Shown: one piece after another, positions 37,881 to 51,929 of the stretch
How positions within the stretch are numbered: position 1 is the first letter of the stretch
Layout of the letters: every line of letters begins with the position of its first letter
Assembly: GCA_024137785.1 (NCBI GenBank)
Contig: JAHRHZ010000062.1
Span: forward strand, 22,502,015-22,566,014
Origin: Ginglymostoma cirratum
Taxonomy: Eukaryota
Length of the DNA stretch: 64,000 bases
Reading direction: 5' to 3'
The notes under the pieces: generated by a model
The model's database searches: none
Told to the model about the DNA's origin: nothing
What the model saw: the letters and a program-made list of their open reading frames with translations, nothing else
Program-made: the position numbers and the translations under genes

Positions 37881-40800
37881 GCATGATCAACGAGGCAGAG
37901 TTTCAAGAGCATCTTAAAGATGACAGTCACAAAAAGAGATTAGAGAATTCTGCACCTTAGGGCATTGGCAGCTGAAGCTGTGGCGTGGAGATTAAATTGA
38001 GACAAGTAGAAGCAGCCAAAATAGGAGGACCATAGAGGTTGGCAGCGTGGAGGTCATTGCATTGGACCAATAAGCTAGGAGATCTCAGACTGGAATTCAA
38101 TTCCCATCACAATACCTGGAAGAATTTGAATACAATGAATTAACTAAAATCTGGAAGTAAAAAGCTAATATTAGCAATAGTAGCCACGGAATTAGCAGAT
38201 TGTTGTAAAAAGCCACCTGGTTCACTAACGTCCTTTTCGGGAAGGAATTAGTTATTTTAATCAAATTGTTCACTGGGACTTGAGACTAGGTCTTCTGACC
38301 CCAGAGTTAAGAACATGACCACTGCACTACAACACTCTTCAAGGCAGGAAATACACCCCTTTAATCATCCTTAATCATTTTCACCTTTATGTGGCTCCGG
38401 GTCCACAGGAATATGGCTAAATCTCAACCACTCTCTGAAATATTCTAGCAAACCACTCAACTGTATTCAGCAAAGCTGGTAAGCGATTACAGGATGGTCG
38501 GGAAATTCTGGCTTCACCAATCACGCCCACCTCTCATTAGTGAACAAAAAAATGTAGTTGTTGAGAGTTTGAGAGTTAGGACAAGAGGCAGCAAATTTTG
38601 AAATTAGTTCAAGTTCCATGAGGTGCAATGTCAACCAGAATGCTGAAAGAGTCAAATCGAAAGTGTTTTTTTAAACATTTTCTTTTTTTTCAAAAAAAAA
38701 AATTACAGTTCTTAATGAATCATCCCCGTTGGCTGAAAAAGTCAGGAAGCTACAAGTTCTCTAATCACAGCTGTATTCAACCACATTAGCACCTTTGATT
38801 AAATGTATAAAGCTAACATGTTGCTGAGTGAGACGGCTGCAAGTGTGTGAACAAATACATTACTGTGTAAATATGATTTCTGACATGAACTGTAGTTTCT
38901 TTATTGCAAACGAACATTGGCATTTTCCCCTTTAAAAATTAATGATACATTGTCAAAAGCTTTAAGAAATTATTCCCACAAGCAGGTGTTTGTATAGCCT
39001 TGCAGGGGGAGTCTTCTGAGGTGCGTTGATGGGTTGGTGAGAAGAAGGGGGATGGGTTGCTTTCCCTTGGTGAGTCCAGGCTAACAACACAGGATCATGT
39101 GACAGAGGGACCAAATAAACAGCATCTGGGGACGTTCAATTACAGCCCTTTTTCCCAGCATGCTTGCATTGTAATCTCTACCAGATGAGGATCAGCATTT
39201 TCAATAACACACTATGTACACACAACACCAGAATAAAGGCATTCAATGCAGCCTCCTAATAGACAGATCAAAGCACACAAATGACCAGCTGTAAGCATGC
39301 TTACTGCTGAATAATTCATTCCTTTCACAAGATTTTAAAAAACACTCAGCAGGACTTGGCAAGCTTTTGCTCCTTCCCCCCCACCCACTCCCTCCACCCC
39401 CTCCAACACCCCGTGCAGTTTAAGTTACAAATATTTCGAAGACACTCTGCCCTCCTAGGATCCTACAGCACAGGAGGACTCGCAATACAGGTGGTAACCA
39501 TTCGGTCCATCATGCCTGTTACAGTCCTTTCAAAGAGCTATCCAATTAGTCCCATAACCCAGCTCTTGACAATTCATGCTGCAAACTTCTCATTTTGAAA
39601 CATCTTTTGGAAGTTACTATTGAGTTTGTTTTCACCACTTTTTCAAATACTGCACTGCACATCACAAACTGCTACATTTAAAAAAAATTCTCCCCATTCT
39701 CACCTCTGGTTATTATACCCATTACCTATGTCTGCATCCTCTGGTTACAACACTGCTGCACACGGAAACAATCTGCCCTTCCTGATTTGCTTAAAATCTT
39801 TAATATGTTTGAAAACCTTTACAAAATCTCTCCTTAACTATCCTACTCGAAGCTCAGGTACTCCAGCTTCTCTAACCTCTTCAAGTAAATTAGTCCTTCA
39901 CCCTTCTAACACCCCTCATAAATCTTCCCTCATTCATACTACTTAAAGAAACCAGTAACTTGAATCAATGTTATTGATAAACCACGGAAATCCTGGTATC
40001 CTATCTATTTTGTAAAATATTGTTTAAAAACACACCACACAGATTACAGATCTTGTCTGAACTGGCTGAATAAAATCTCACTGGCACAATGTGGATCTTT
40101 TAAATTTACTCACAAACTTTGAATCAAGAGCAAAATGGCATTTAGCCCACTGTGCATCTAATTGGTGTTACATTCAGACAGAAGCTGTAGTAGAACACGG
40201 CTCCAGCTGTGTTTGCAAGGTGAAGTTGAGGTTTTTTTCAGTGGTGTTATTTTGGAGATGGATGGTGGTGAATGTGGGCAAAACAGGAGGTCTGTGTCTC
40301 AGGAAACAATTCTTCTACCTGAGCAATTTGACAAACCCAATTCTACAATTTTCTTTTTATTCATTCACAGGATGCAAGCATCACTGGCTGGGTCAGCATT
40401 GACCACCCATCACTGACTGCCTTTGACAAAGTGCAGGTGAGCTGCCTTTGTGAATCACTCCAGTCCATGTGGTATAGGTACATCCAAACTGCTGTTCAGG
40501 AGCAAGTTTCAGAATTCCCGACCTCCAACTTGCTCTTGTAGCCACAGTTTTAACATGGCTGGGTCCGGGTCAGTCTCTGGCCAATCGTAACCTGAGATGT
40601 TGATAGCGAGGATTCAGTGATGGTAACGCCATTGAATGTCAAGGACTGTTAGTTAACATTCTCTCTTGCTGGAGATATTCATTACCTGATATGTTTTTTG
40701 AGCATAGAAGGCATGATTTTGGATGGGGGTAGATAGTGTTCCATATTTCCACCACCCTTTTTGTGACAAAATGCTTCCCTTCATTACTCCAAATGATTTA

Positions 40801-40928
40801 GCTCGCGTTTTAAGCTCATGTGCTCTTTGCCCAATGAAGAGGCATTATCATTGGAAAATACCCTGTAGTCAGAATTCACAGATATTTTAAGGTTCTTTTA
40901 TTTTCGTGGTGGTTGGCAGGGGGCAGCA

Positions 40929-40961
40929 GGGAGGTGGGGAGGTGGGGAGGTGGGGAGGTGG
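40929..40961 (+). repeat. (GGGAGGTG)4 tandem repeat, G-quadruplex-capable
   Basis: Direct reading of the sequence. Confidence 0.8.
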
Positions 40962-41929
40962 AAGCGGAAAGAGGCAAAGAAAAACCACAATGCCAAGATA
41001 GTAAAATGCTTTTTACTTATTCAGTCACCATAAACTCCCGTCTGTAATCATCCATTTTAGAGCAACTAAAATTAGGCTACACAGCCCCATAACTGATTCG
41101 CCATTAATTGAGTTTCCTTTTAAAAATAGCAGATTACAAATATAAATCTAACACTATTACTTCCACTCAAGAGTTTACAGAATCTGAAATCTTTTAAACT
41201 TTAAGCAGAATTCTTCAATTATCCCATATAATCTCAACATGTATTCCCAATCATTTTTAATAAATATTCTGAAGCTTTAAAAAGTACAATGTACATATAA
41301 TTAACTTAGTGCTCTTTTGAAGATTAGGGAATCAAAGTCATTACTAAAATTGGTATTTTAGTAACAGACATAAATAAAGATGGATACAGAAACATACATA
41401 TTCACAGTAAGGGTAAATAGTGAGAGCAAGGTGCACAAAGTCACGTAGGTATATACACAGAATGACAGACAGACGAGAGAACATAAGACACAGCAGATGT
41501 AGGGCATAGAAATTCCTTCAGCCTGCTCCACTATTCAAATTTATTCCTAACCTAGCTCAACTCCACCTTCCTGTGCTATCCCCATATCCCTCAATTTCAC
41601 CAGTGCCCTAAGATCTAGCCATTTCCATATTAATATGCTCACCAGTTGGACATCTCCAAACTTTTGGGGTAACAAAGTCCAAAGATCAACAATTCAATAA
41701 CTAAAAGAAATTTTAATCTCAGTCCTAAATGACTGAACACTTAGCTAAAGACTGTGGTAATGAGCTTTAGAATATCCATTTAGGGAAAACAGCCTGTGCA
41801 TTTACACTGTAAAATCCTTTAAGAATTTTAGACTTTTCAATTAGATCACTTTTTTTTTCTAAACTCCAGGGAGCACAGGCCAATTCTAGTCAATCTCCCT
41901 TCATACAGTAGCCCTCTCATTTCAATAAC

Positions 41930-42146
41930 GGGGATCAGTTAGCTCAGTTGGTTGGATGTTTGGTTTGTGATGCAGTGATGCCAACAGGAGGGGTTCAATT
42001 CCCCCATTGGCTGAGGATTCAGGACTCTCCATCTCAACCTCTCCCCTCGTCTGAGGCGATACGTTCCTCAGCTTAAACTACCACCAGTCATTTCTCTCTC
42101 ATGAGACAGCAGCCCATGGTCTGGTAAGACAATGGGGAACTCTACC
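41930..42146 (+). mobile_element. tRNA-derived SINE, near full length
   Basis: A box TAGCTCAGTTGG and B box GGTTCAATTCC. Same family as 448-1528 and 60928-61145. Confidence 0.8.
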
Positions 42147-45100
42147 ATACCACGTACGAATTTAATGTATTTTCGCTGCACTGTTTGTGTGTCAAGACAT
42201 CCTCTTCTTTACTACCTCAGTTCTGATTAAACATGAATTGATCTGCCTGAATTGACTATTTCCAGCATTTTCTGTTTTCGTCTTTCTGACAACCGGGGCA
42301 GCAAATTGGACAAGGCGTTACAGTGACAAAATGGTCACACTTTTACTTCAAACACTTTGCAATCAAGGCCAGCATTTGTTTTCCTAATTGCCTTCTGTAA
42401 CTGCACGTTAACTAACATACCGCACACTAGCACAGAGAGATCCACAAATAAAATATACAAGCAATTGCTTTTGGTCAGATTTTAACGGAAGGCCTCAATT
42501 TTCAATAGTTAGGAGCCGGAAAAAGGATAAATTCTAACTTGGAATTCAAAGCCACTTGAGAAATCATTTCCAGATGAAATCACCTCCCTGAGCTCACAGT
42601 AAGTTGCCCAGAACAGGATCACACAAAGTGAACGCCAGCTGCCCGATATCAACACAGGCTTTTAGCTTAATCTAAAGTGTGAATCCAGTGCTCGTCAGAC
42701 ATTTAAAAGAACCGAGCAGAAAAAGGAGAAGGGAAGAGGAGGCAGACATAAATCCTCATTGTTTATGTTCCGCTCTGTGTAGAACATCCTGTTGTGAAAT
42801 GTGTTGTACACGATGTTCAGGCAAATTAAAAGATGTACTTCAATCGTGTAGTCATAAAATGATTCAGCCCTATGCTGACGCTTTGTTTGAACTATCCAAT
42901 TAGTTACACTCTTTGGATTTTTGTTTTTGCATCAGTTTCCACTAGTTTTGCAATAAACCTCCAAAATAAAACAAAAGGACATTTTTGTAACATCCTCCAA
43001 TATTCCTAGAGATCTGCATCCCTTTAAATCATGCCTCTTGTGCAATCCTAATTTCCTTCACTTCACTGTCAGCAGCCTGGGCCCTGAACTCAAATTCCCA
43101 CGCCCTCACCCAAATCCCTTATTTGCCTTTCTCTCCTCCTCTAAAGCCTATCCCTTTGACCAACATTTTTGGACACTTGTTTAATATCTCCTTGTGTGAT
43201 TCTGCGTCAAATTCTAACAGCTAACATTGCGGGATCAAATCACAGGGAGATCAGAACAGAAGGAAGCCATTTATGCTCTTGGACAGATTTGGATGTTCAA
43301 TGAAACAAAGGGTGATCTACAACTTAAATCATTATACCATCATTACTCCATGTCCATCGACAATTTGACAATTTTAACAAATGCATCTAGCTCGGTATTA
43401 AAATCAACAATTGATCTATTAACAATTGTACTTTGCAGAAGAAAATTCCAAGCTTTTATCATCCCCGGTGCTTAAACACAATTCCTAATTTCACTCCTGA
43501 AAGGCTAGTTCTGTTTTTTAGACTAGATCCATTGACCCTAGTCCTAAATTTCCCAATTAGCAGTATTAATTTGTATCTATCCTGTATATTTGAGTTAATC
43601 TTCTAAATTCAAGGGAATATGACTGCAATTGTGTAGTCTCTCCATGAGATATAATCCTGGGATCCAGGTAGCATTCTGGCAAATCCATGGTTCTCTCCTT
43701 CCAAAATCAATGTGTGTTTCCTAAGGCGACCAAGCACTGCCCACAGCGGTAAAAACACGAGATAAATACAAGTTGTTGTGTTGAACATGAGGACATTTTT
43801 AAAATTTAATAATTCATAGCCACTGAGATTGCTTATGGGTTGGTGCAGAAAGGATTACTAGCTAAACCTAAGGCACCAACAGGCAGGTTGGTGCATTACT
43901 TTAGACCAGATGAATGATCACAAGAAAACAGAAGGTGACCAAGACAAAGATTAGAGACTTAAACATGTCTAGAAGGGCTGGTGGTAAATAAAGGTCACTT
44001 CAAATATATGGAAATAACTGGCAGTGCAATATGAAGTGCAGAATTAAAAATTGCTCAATTTTAACTAGGAAACCAAGTTAGACTTTACAAGGGACCAAAG
44101 AATAAGTCTTAGTTTCTGTAATTTACAAATTAATACATTACCTTTGACCAGAACTACAAAGTTCATGGAAAGAAAAGTCACCGAGTGCATGGATTTGTGT
44201 CGTGTCTTTCACAATCTCTGACCATCCCAAAGTGCTTTGTAGCCAATGACGTTCTTTTGAAACATAGTCACCAATGAACATGGCAGCCAATTTGTACATA
44301 GCAAGCTCCAACAAGCAGCAACATAATAACAATATTTAATCACTTTTTCGTGATAGTGAACGAGGAATAAGTATTGATTAGGATACTGGAGAGAATCTCC
44401 TTGCTCTTCTTTGACATGGTGCCGTGAATTCTTCCAGCACATCTGAAATATGGAATTTTCAGCAACACAGTATGCACTGAAGTGTCAGCCTGACATCTGT
44501 GCTCAGATCTCTAGTTTTTTTAAAATGAATTTATTCAATATTGAAACGACACTCAAAGTTTCTTCATAACCTTAAATGTACAGAACCAGCTTCTTGAGAC
44601 AGTTTCCTTATGAAGTTCTTAAAAGTCCCAACTGCTACATTTCTGATGGCCGTGCTTCCTTTTTTTTTAAAAAAGCAACAGTGAGAAAGGTTGCTCCTCA
44701 TATTCATCTAATTCACCTCATAAAGCATCCTGTCATCTTCCTCCATCCTAGGGTAAGAGAATGAGTGGTTAGGGCTGTTCAGGGAAGTCAGTGAACGAAA
44801 GACAGACCCTGGAGTGAGGTTTAAATCTATTATTTCTTGATTCTGAAGCAAGGCTGCTGAAACCAACATGCTGCATGATGCACAGTACGGACAGAAGATT
44901 GTTGTTCAAGTCACAAGCTTCTTGCATCCAGGGCTCAGAATATTATCGTGTTGATTTCATGTTATGATGAACAGAAATAATTTAGAACAGGTCAGTCACA
45001 TGAATCAGTAATCTCCTTGCAAGGCCACAGGTATTACAGCTTCCATGGAATTGCACAGCTCAATCACCATCATGAAACTAAATCCAAGAATCCCACATCA

Positions 45101-46726
45101 CTAAATCAGAATTTGTGTCAGTGAGAAATGCAGAATAAGCTTCCAAGAAACAAAGGCAAAATCTCCTAATAATAATGTAATTTGACTTATTCAATTAAAT
45201 AGGTCCCAAAGGTGGATTTTAAAGGCCCCAAGGTACTATTAGAAAAACAGCAGGCAGATTCTCTTTAGTGTCCTGGCTACCATTCATCCTTAAACCGATA
45301 ATACAAAAACAGATTATCTGTTCTCACAGAATAAGTGATTAACACATTTTTGATTATGGCTCTTGTGGAAATTGGTTGCTGTATTTCTTACATTTATAGC
45401 AGTGACTAAACTTCAAAAGTACTTGTAAAATGCTTTACGTAAATCAGTGATGGCAAGAGCGAGCAAGAGAGCAAACAAGGGAATGAGAGGGAGTCAGCAT
45501 CCGAGCCAAAAGAAATGTGGGTCTTTGTGGCCAGTGCCTGTCTCTAGGCTAGTCTTGGCAAGGCATTTCACCTGGAGTTCTTTTCCTCTGCCTTTGGCTA
45601 GCTTTGCTTAGCAGTGAAAATGTTGAAAGAAAAAGACCAAAACATAGAGAAATCCCATGCAAGACAAGGAACACAAGAAAGAACAGATGAGTGAAAGAAA
45701 GCAAAGGGACTGAGAGGGGAAATAAAGACAACGTGAGAGAGAAAGAAAAAGAATAAGGGAGGGAAAAGAAAGGAAAATATGGTGGGATCTAGAAAAATTT
45801 TGTTATCCTTATCTAAATAACGCTTCAACTCGGCAGTTGGGGCACAGTTCAGCATATAGTTCAGACAGTACTGCTGGGGGCAGTGGGTTGAAAGGCAAGT
45901 CACTTATGTTACTGCTCTGTCCGCTGTTAAAGCAAAGATGTGAGCAGTTTTATATCACGAGGGAGTGTCCATATTGTGTTAAAGTAACAGACTGAGGAAT
46001 ATTACGTAAAGCATCATCTAGACACCAGGAATCATGAAAGCTTTAAGACCCCATCTTTACATTAACAGTTTGGGGCATTTTGATAAAAGGGAATAAGACT
46101 TCAATGGACATGTCTGAGAACTTGCTTTTTGTCAAGATATCTGGGGGAAGGGCCTGGGGCAGGATCAGGAACATTATGGTTAACGGTTTCAACAATTCTC
46201 TGTATTGAGTTGCAGGTGCAAACTAGACAAATGCATTATCCAATGCTCACCCTTGGACAGTGAAGGAATAGCTCCGGGCACGATGAGGCTGTCGTGGAGA
46301 AAATCACACACAATGGTTACCGTACAATGGATTCATGAACCAGAACCACTGTATAAATTAGAATACATTAGAAAAGGCATTTTACAATAGCTGCCAGCGA
46401 GTGGGAAATGGATCGGTAATAGGATTCCAGAAATTTTCTTCAAATAAAGATTCGTAAAGACCTTTAGTAAATTATCAACTGTTAAGTCCATCTCTAACAA
46501 TAAAAATCTATTCCTGACTTCAGAAACCTGCCTGGAAACAGTTCCAAGGGATTATCAGACAGGAGCTGGTCTTCTAAGCAACAACAGGTGCGTAGAGTGG
46601 GGGTGGGGGTGGGGGTGGGGATGGGGATGTGGAGCAATGGCGGGGCAAAAGCAGGAGGAATATAAATACCACCTGCCTCTTCATTTTTCAGCAGCTCTGA
46701 CAGTTCATTGTGTGTTTCATGGGCAG

Positions 46727-46764
46727 AGAGAGAGAGAGAGAGAGAGCGAGAGCGAGCGAGCGAG
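46727..46764 (+). repeat. (GA)n-(GAGC)n microsatellite
   Basis: Direct reading of the sequence. Confidence 0.85.
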
Positions 46765-47299
46765 CATGTGAGAGCGCTGTACCCACACGGCCAGTCTCCA
46801 GAACAGATTTGACATTCGGATTCTGGAAGGTGCCTTGCCGCCAATCAAAGCAGCTGGGACAAGATAAGCTGTTTGTGACCTGACCCCAGAGCGCACACAT
46901 GCTGTTCAGCAGCTGCAGGGCTATGTGCTTGTCCCCCCTCACTCCTTCCCTTGTCATTCAGAGCAGCTTCCCAGAATATGAATGATCCAAGACGTCCTGG
47001 AGAATATCAATTGCTCTCGAGACTTCCTTTCGACAGACCAATACTTGGGTTTATAAAGTTATGCTCAATACAAACCCATTTGAGTGCCTTTGGCGCTCTT
47101 TAAAAGGAATTTCACACTGAATCCCAACAGTAGCAGCAATAAGACAAAATGTTTTTGAAAGATCATGCCATCATATTTAAAGGCTTCAACTGTCGATCAA
47201 AGAAAGTTTTTTTCAAGTTACAGGTTATTTGCCAGTTGCATGCTACAGTTTTAATATTGGAGAGATTAGAGTAGCTGGAATTATTTTCAGTAGGGAATA

Positions 47300-47490
47300 A
47301 CAAAGGCTAAGAAGAAACTCAGCAGGTCTGACAGCATCTGCGGAGAGAAAACAGAGTTAATGTTTCAAACTAGCTCTGAAGAAGAATCATTGGACTTGAA
47401 ACATTAACTCCACAGATGCTGCCAGACCTGCTGAGTCTCTCCAGCAATTTCTGTTCTTGTTTGCTTCAGATCTTCAGCATTTGCAGTTGT
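47300..47490. mobile_element. Penelope-derived fold-back element
   Basis: Inverted arms (actcagcaggtctgacagcatctg / cagatgctgccagacctgctgagt) around CTGAAGA...GAAA. Confidence 0.7.
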
Positions 47491-49127
47491 TTAACGTTAA
47501 GGGGAAACTGTTCCCAGGTGGAGAATGATCAGTTGCCAGAAGACAGAGATTTAATCGGCAAAACGAGATCAGATGATTTTGCTTAACATAGTGAGTTCAT
47601 GCAATCTGAAAAGCTCTGTCTGACAGGGTGAAGAAAGTAGATTCAATGATAACTTTCAAAAAGGATTGGATAAATATCTGAAGGGGAGGGAAAAAAATCA
47701 GGAAGTGCAAGTTTCAATGAGGAAAGAACATGACATGGAACAAGTTGGATCACTCTAACAAAGAACCATTACTAGCACAATGTGTCACATCATCGACTTT
47801 GGTGTCAGATGATTCTAGGGGTCTTGTGAATGTAAAGCTCAGAAACTGATAATTCATTCCAACAGCGCCAGTATTCATGATACACTTCACCCTACTACTC
47901 TTTGGTCCTTTGTGTGTATCCAGCATCCCTTTAAATGCCCGTGTGATAGAATATTCACCACTTCCTTGGATGGATGCAGCTCGACCATCCCTTGAAGCTT
48001 GACACCATCCATGACAAAGCAGTCCACCTGAGTGGCACTCCAAACACAGCCTTCAATCCTGTCAGACCACAGTGGCAGTGGAAACATCTACAGGAGGCAC
48101 TGCAGCACTGCCACAAGGCTCCTTTGAGGGCCCTTTCAAAACCTGTGATCTCTGCCATCTAGAAGGGTGAAGGCTACTGGTGTATGGGAAACACCATCAT
48201 CTGCAAATTCTCCTCCAAGCCACCCATCAGCCCAAGTTGGAACTATTTTACTGTTCCTTCAAAATCCAGAAACTCTCTTCCTAACAACACTGTATGTGTC
48301 TCAAGGACTGCAATGATTGAAGGCAGCAGCTCTTACTGTTACATTCTCCAATACATTTGAAGGTGGGCAACAATGTTGGCCTAATCAATGACAACAACGT
48401 CCAAGAACAAAGGACAAATGTAAAGACCTAAAATCACTCCATTTGCAGCACATTCTCACCACTGTCTGGATAAAAAAAAGTTTCGCCTGAATTCCCAATT
48501 AGATATATCGATGACTGCTTTATATCTACATCTTCTAGTCTCTGACTCCCAAGTGGAAAAATTTTCTGTTTATCTTGGCAAACGCTTTCATAATTTTAGA
48601 AACCTCTATCAATTTATTTTGTTAGTCTTAGTTTTATAGCAGAAAAAAAATGGAATCAGAGAGTTTAGCTTTTCACAAGGTCTTAAAAGCATGAAAAGGC
48701 CTACAGTTTAGGGAAGGAACTCCACAGTGTGGTGCCTAAATTGATGACGTGACTCTCAGAGATAGGGAAACAGAAAGGGAAGGAGTGCACAAGAGGTTGA
48801 AATCAGAAAAAGAGGCAAAGTAAAGAGTTGTGATATTCGATGAGGAAGATAGAAAGGTGAAAAGCCATGGAAAAACTTAACATGAGGGGGCGGTGAAATC
48901 AGGGGCGACAGGCACTGCGATCGGGTCCTGCAGAAGTCATTTCTTGAGTGAGCCAATGTTATGAAAGGATAGACAAGAATGGAAGAACGGAAAAGAATGG
49001 AAGGACAACCTGGCGAACATTGCAATCAGCCTGGAGGCAAATAAAAATTTTAGCAACAGTGAAAGCTGTGAGGGAAAAATCTCAGAGGTACAGCCAGTGT
49101 TGTGTGTCAGGGACAAAAAGAATACCA

Positions 49128-50033
49128 TGTTAAGAGATTATAAACTGCTGTGAAAGATGTCCTGTCTGAAAATTTAGTTCAGATTATCTTTGACTGGGCA
49201 TTTATATATATTTGGATGTTTTAGAAGGAACCTTTACAAAGCAAAGGAGACTGGTTGCAGCAGGGAAACATTGCTTTTGCAAAGAACACGAGCCACATAA
49301 CTGGAGTTACAGTCTTTCAGAGGTCAGGCGTTCCAGTTAGTGGATGTAATAAATTTAACAGGTTTTTGAAGACAGAGACTGAAATAATTTGCCTGCAGCA
49401 ATAGCCTTTGCCCTCTCCCTCTTTTTTTGAGAACTGTAAAACCAACAGAGTACCTCAACACCAAAATGGACAGATCATTGCTGCAATCGAAGTGTTCTTA
49501 AAAGAGAATCAGGAATCTACCATTGCTGGCTCCAGAAAAAAATTCAGTCAGCCATACCCGATCCAGGAAGAAATCTCTGGGCTGACAGTCTGTGAGCAAT
49601 ATGTATTCAGCTGCAGAGCAATGTGTGAACAATCTGTCAATAATTCTTATTTTCTGAATTTAATTGCTGCTTGGCCAAAGTGTGTTTAAGATCACAGTCT
49701 ACATAGATTTTATACTTTCCCCAGACTTGGAGACTATGCGTATTCATTTGTCTGCTACCTTTCAAGATGGTTGGTATATACATTTGCATAGACAAACTTT
49801 TGTTCATAATCTTTATATCTTTGCATGCGCGAGTTCTGTTTGCAATAAACCTGTTCTTTGCTGCTTCAGGAATATGGCTGACTTAGTTTCTGATAATAAG
49901 CTACATACACTTTAATATAATGTATATAACTGGTTATATCATCTCCTTTTCAAAAATTCAAACTTTGCTGTGATCATTGGAAAATTGGGGTAAGGAATAC
50001 AAACAGGTCACCTCTCCTAACATGGTCATAACA
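49128..50033 (+). mobile_element. Possible solo LTR (~905 bp)
   Basis: TGTTAAG...CATAACA termini and AATAAA at 49844. No convincing TSD; the left boundary is uncertain. Confidence 0.45.
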
Positions 50034-50624
50034 AAACCTGTAAGTTCCCATTAGGAAAAGGGAAAATCACTATAGAACACATTCGATCTACGAAGTAAGC
50101 TCGAGTCCCAACATGACAAAGTCAATTTAGTTCAAGTTGGCACATGTTCAAATTGGGAATCCAGTCTGTAGACTTCTCCTTTGCTGTGATTTTGAAAACA
50201 GAACACATTAATAGTTGTTCAAAGACAAGGGGGAAATGACTTGTAATGTTCTAAATGTACAGCCACTATTAATCCACTTTTTAAAAAACTCAATTACTGT
50301 GCATCACTTTCTAACTACACACCCACACACACTCACTCACAAAGTCTAACTTTGGCTATTTTTTGCCCACGGACTTTTCATTAATCTTTGAAAAGTGATA
50401 ACTCTTTACACTGAACAGACTGCGTACTCACTATAGTTTGAGTACATAGGACATGGTTATGTCTTGCTGTTTGAGTACAGTATTTTTGATAACAGAAAAG
50501 CTTCATTCTTTGGAGTTATGTGGCTGGTCACCAACATAATAAAGGATAAAGAAATAGTTGAGAAGGTACGACAAAAGGTCACACTAGAATGGAGAATACA
50601 CTTATCAAGGCACTTTTCAGTACA

Positions 50625-51440
50625 TTGGAATACAGGAGTAGGCTATTCAGCCCCTTCAAGCCTGCTCCACCTTTCAATAAGATCATGGCTGATCTGTGAC
50701 CTGCTTTTGCTTTACAAAAATTTATCTATTTCAGATTTAAAATTAACAAATGATCTAGCATCCACTGCCATTTGTGGAAGAGTTCCAAACATCCGTCACC
50801 CTTTGTGTAGAAGTGCTTCCTAACATTTCTCCTGAACAGTCCAGGCCCTACTTCTCAGACTAATTCCCTAGTTCCAGAATCACCAACCAGTGGAAACAGT
50901 CTACCTTTTTCTACCCTGTCTTTTCCTGTTGATATCTTGAAGACTTTGATCAGATCATCTCTTAATGTTCTAAATTCTAGAGAAAACAGACCCAATTTGC
51001 ATAATCTGTCCTCATAACCTAACTCCTGCAACCCTGGTATCATTGTTGTAAACCTACATTGTACTCTCTCCAAGGCCAATTTATCTGTCCTAAGGTGTGG
51101 TGTCTGATCTGCTCACAGTACTCCAAGTAGGTTCTACACAGGGTTTTGTATACCTGCAGCATGCCTTCTGCAACTTGTACTCCAGTCTTTTAGACATAAA
51201 GGCCAGTATTCCATTAGTTTTCTTGATTTCCACACCTGTTCATGACATTTTAAAAGGTCTATGCACTTGAACCTATAAGTCACTTTGGACATGCATGGCA
51301 TTTAACTTCATACTGTCGAAACAGTACCCTGACCATTCCTATTTTCAGTTCAAAACTGGATAACCTCACGCTTGCTTTCACCTAACTCTATCTGCCACGG
51401 GTTTTGCGCATTCACTTAGTCTATCAATACCACATTGTAA
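50625..51440 (-). mobile_element. CR1-clade LINE, 3' fragment
   Basis: ORF 50855..51079 (ALERVQCRFTTMIPGLQELGYEDRLCKLGLFSLE); 3' tail near 50625-50660. Confidence 0.9.
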
Positions 51441-51929
51441 TTTTAGCTATTTTCTAGTCAACCTGTTTGGAGATGTTGTTATACATTTCCAGAGGTGGTG
51501 GGACGTGAAACCAGGTTTCCTGGTTCAGAAGTAGGGACTAGCATCTACATTGTCTACGAATTTGCATCTTTAAAAGACTGAGGTGTGATTTAACGAAACG
51601 GTGGATGGAGAGATGTATCCAGTTGAACGGGAAAATTAAACATGGTCCAAAAATAAAAGATATTTACAAATAAATAAATTTAAAACTTTAATCAATTTAT
51701 GAATAAATGCAACAGGGAATTCAGGTGCAAGTGGTGAAAATGTGGAACTCACCAGTCATTGAGGAATATAAAAAGATGTATATGAGGGGAAATTAGATAA
51801 GTACATTTTAGAGGAAAGTATTGAAGGATTTAGTGGTAGAGTAAGAAATGTGGGCAGAGGCTTTAGTGGATCACCAAGAGTAGCAGCTGAACTGAATGAA
51901 TGGCCTGTTTCTGCACTATAAGTAATTAC

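Noticed and set aside
41930-42010. tRNA gene
   Set aside because: The A and B boxes belong to a SINE head; there is no full cloverleaf, and the sequence continues into a repeat body seen elsewhere in the window.
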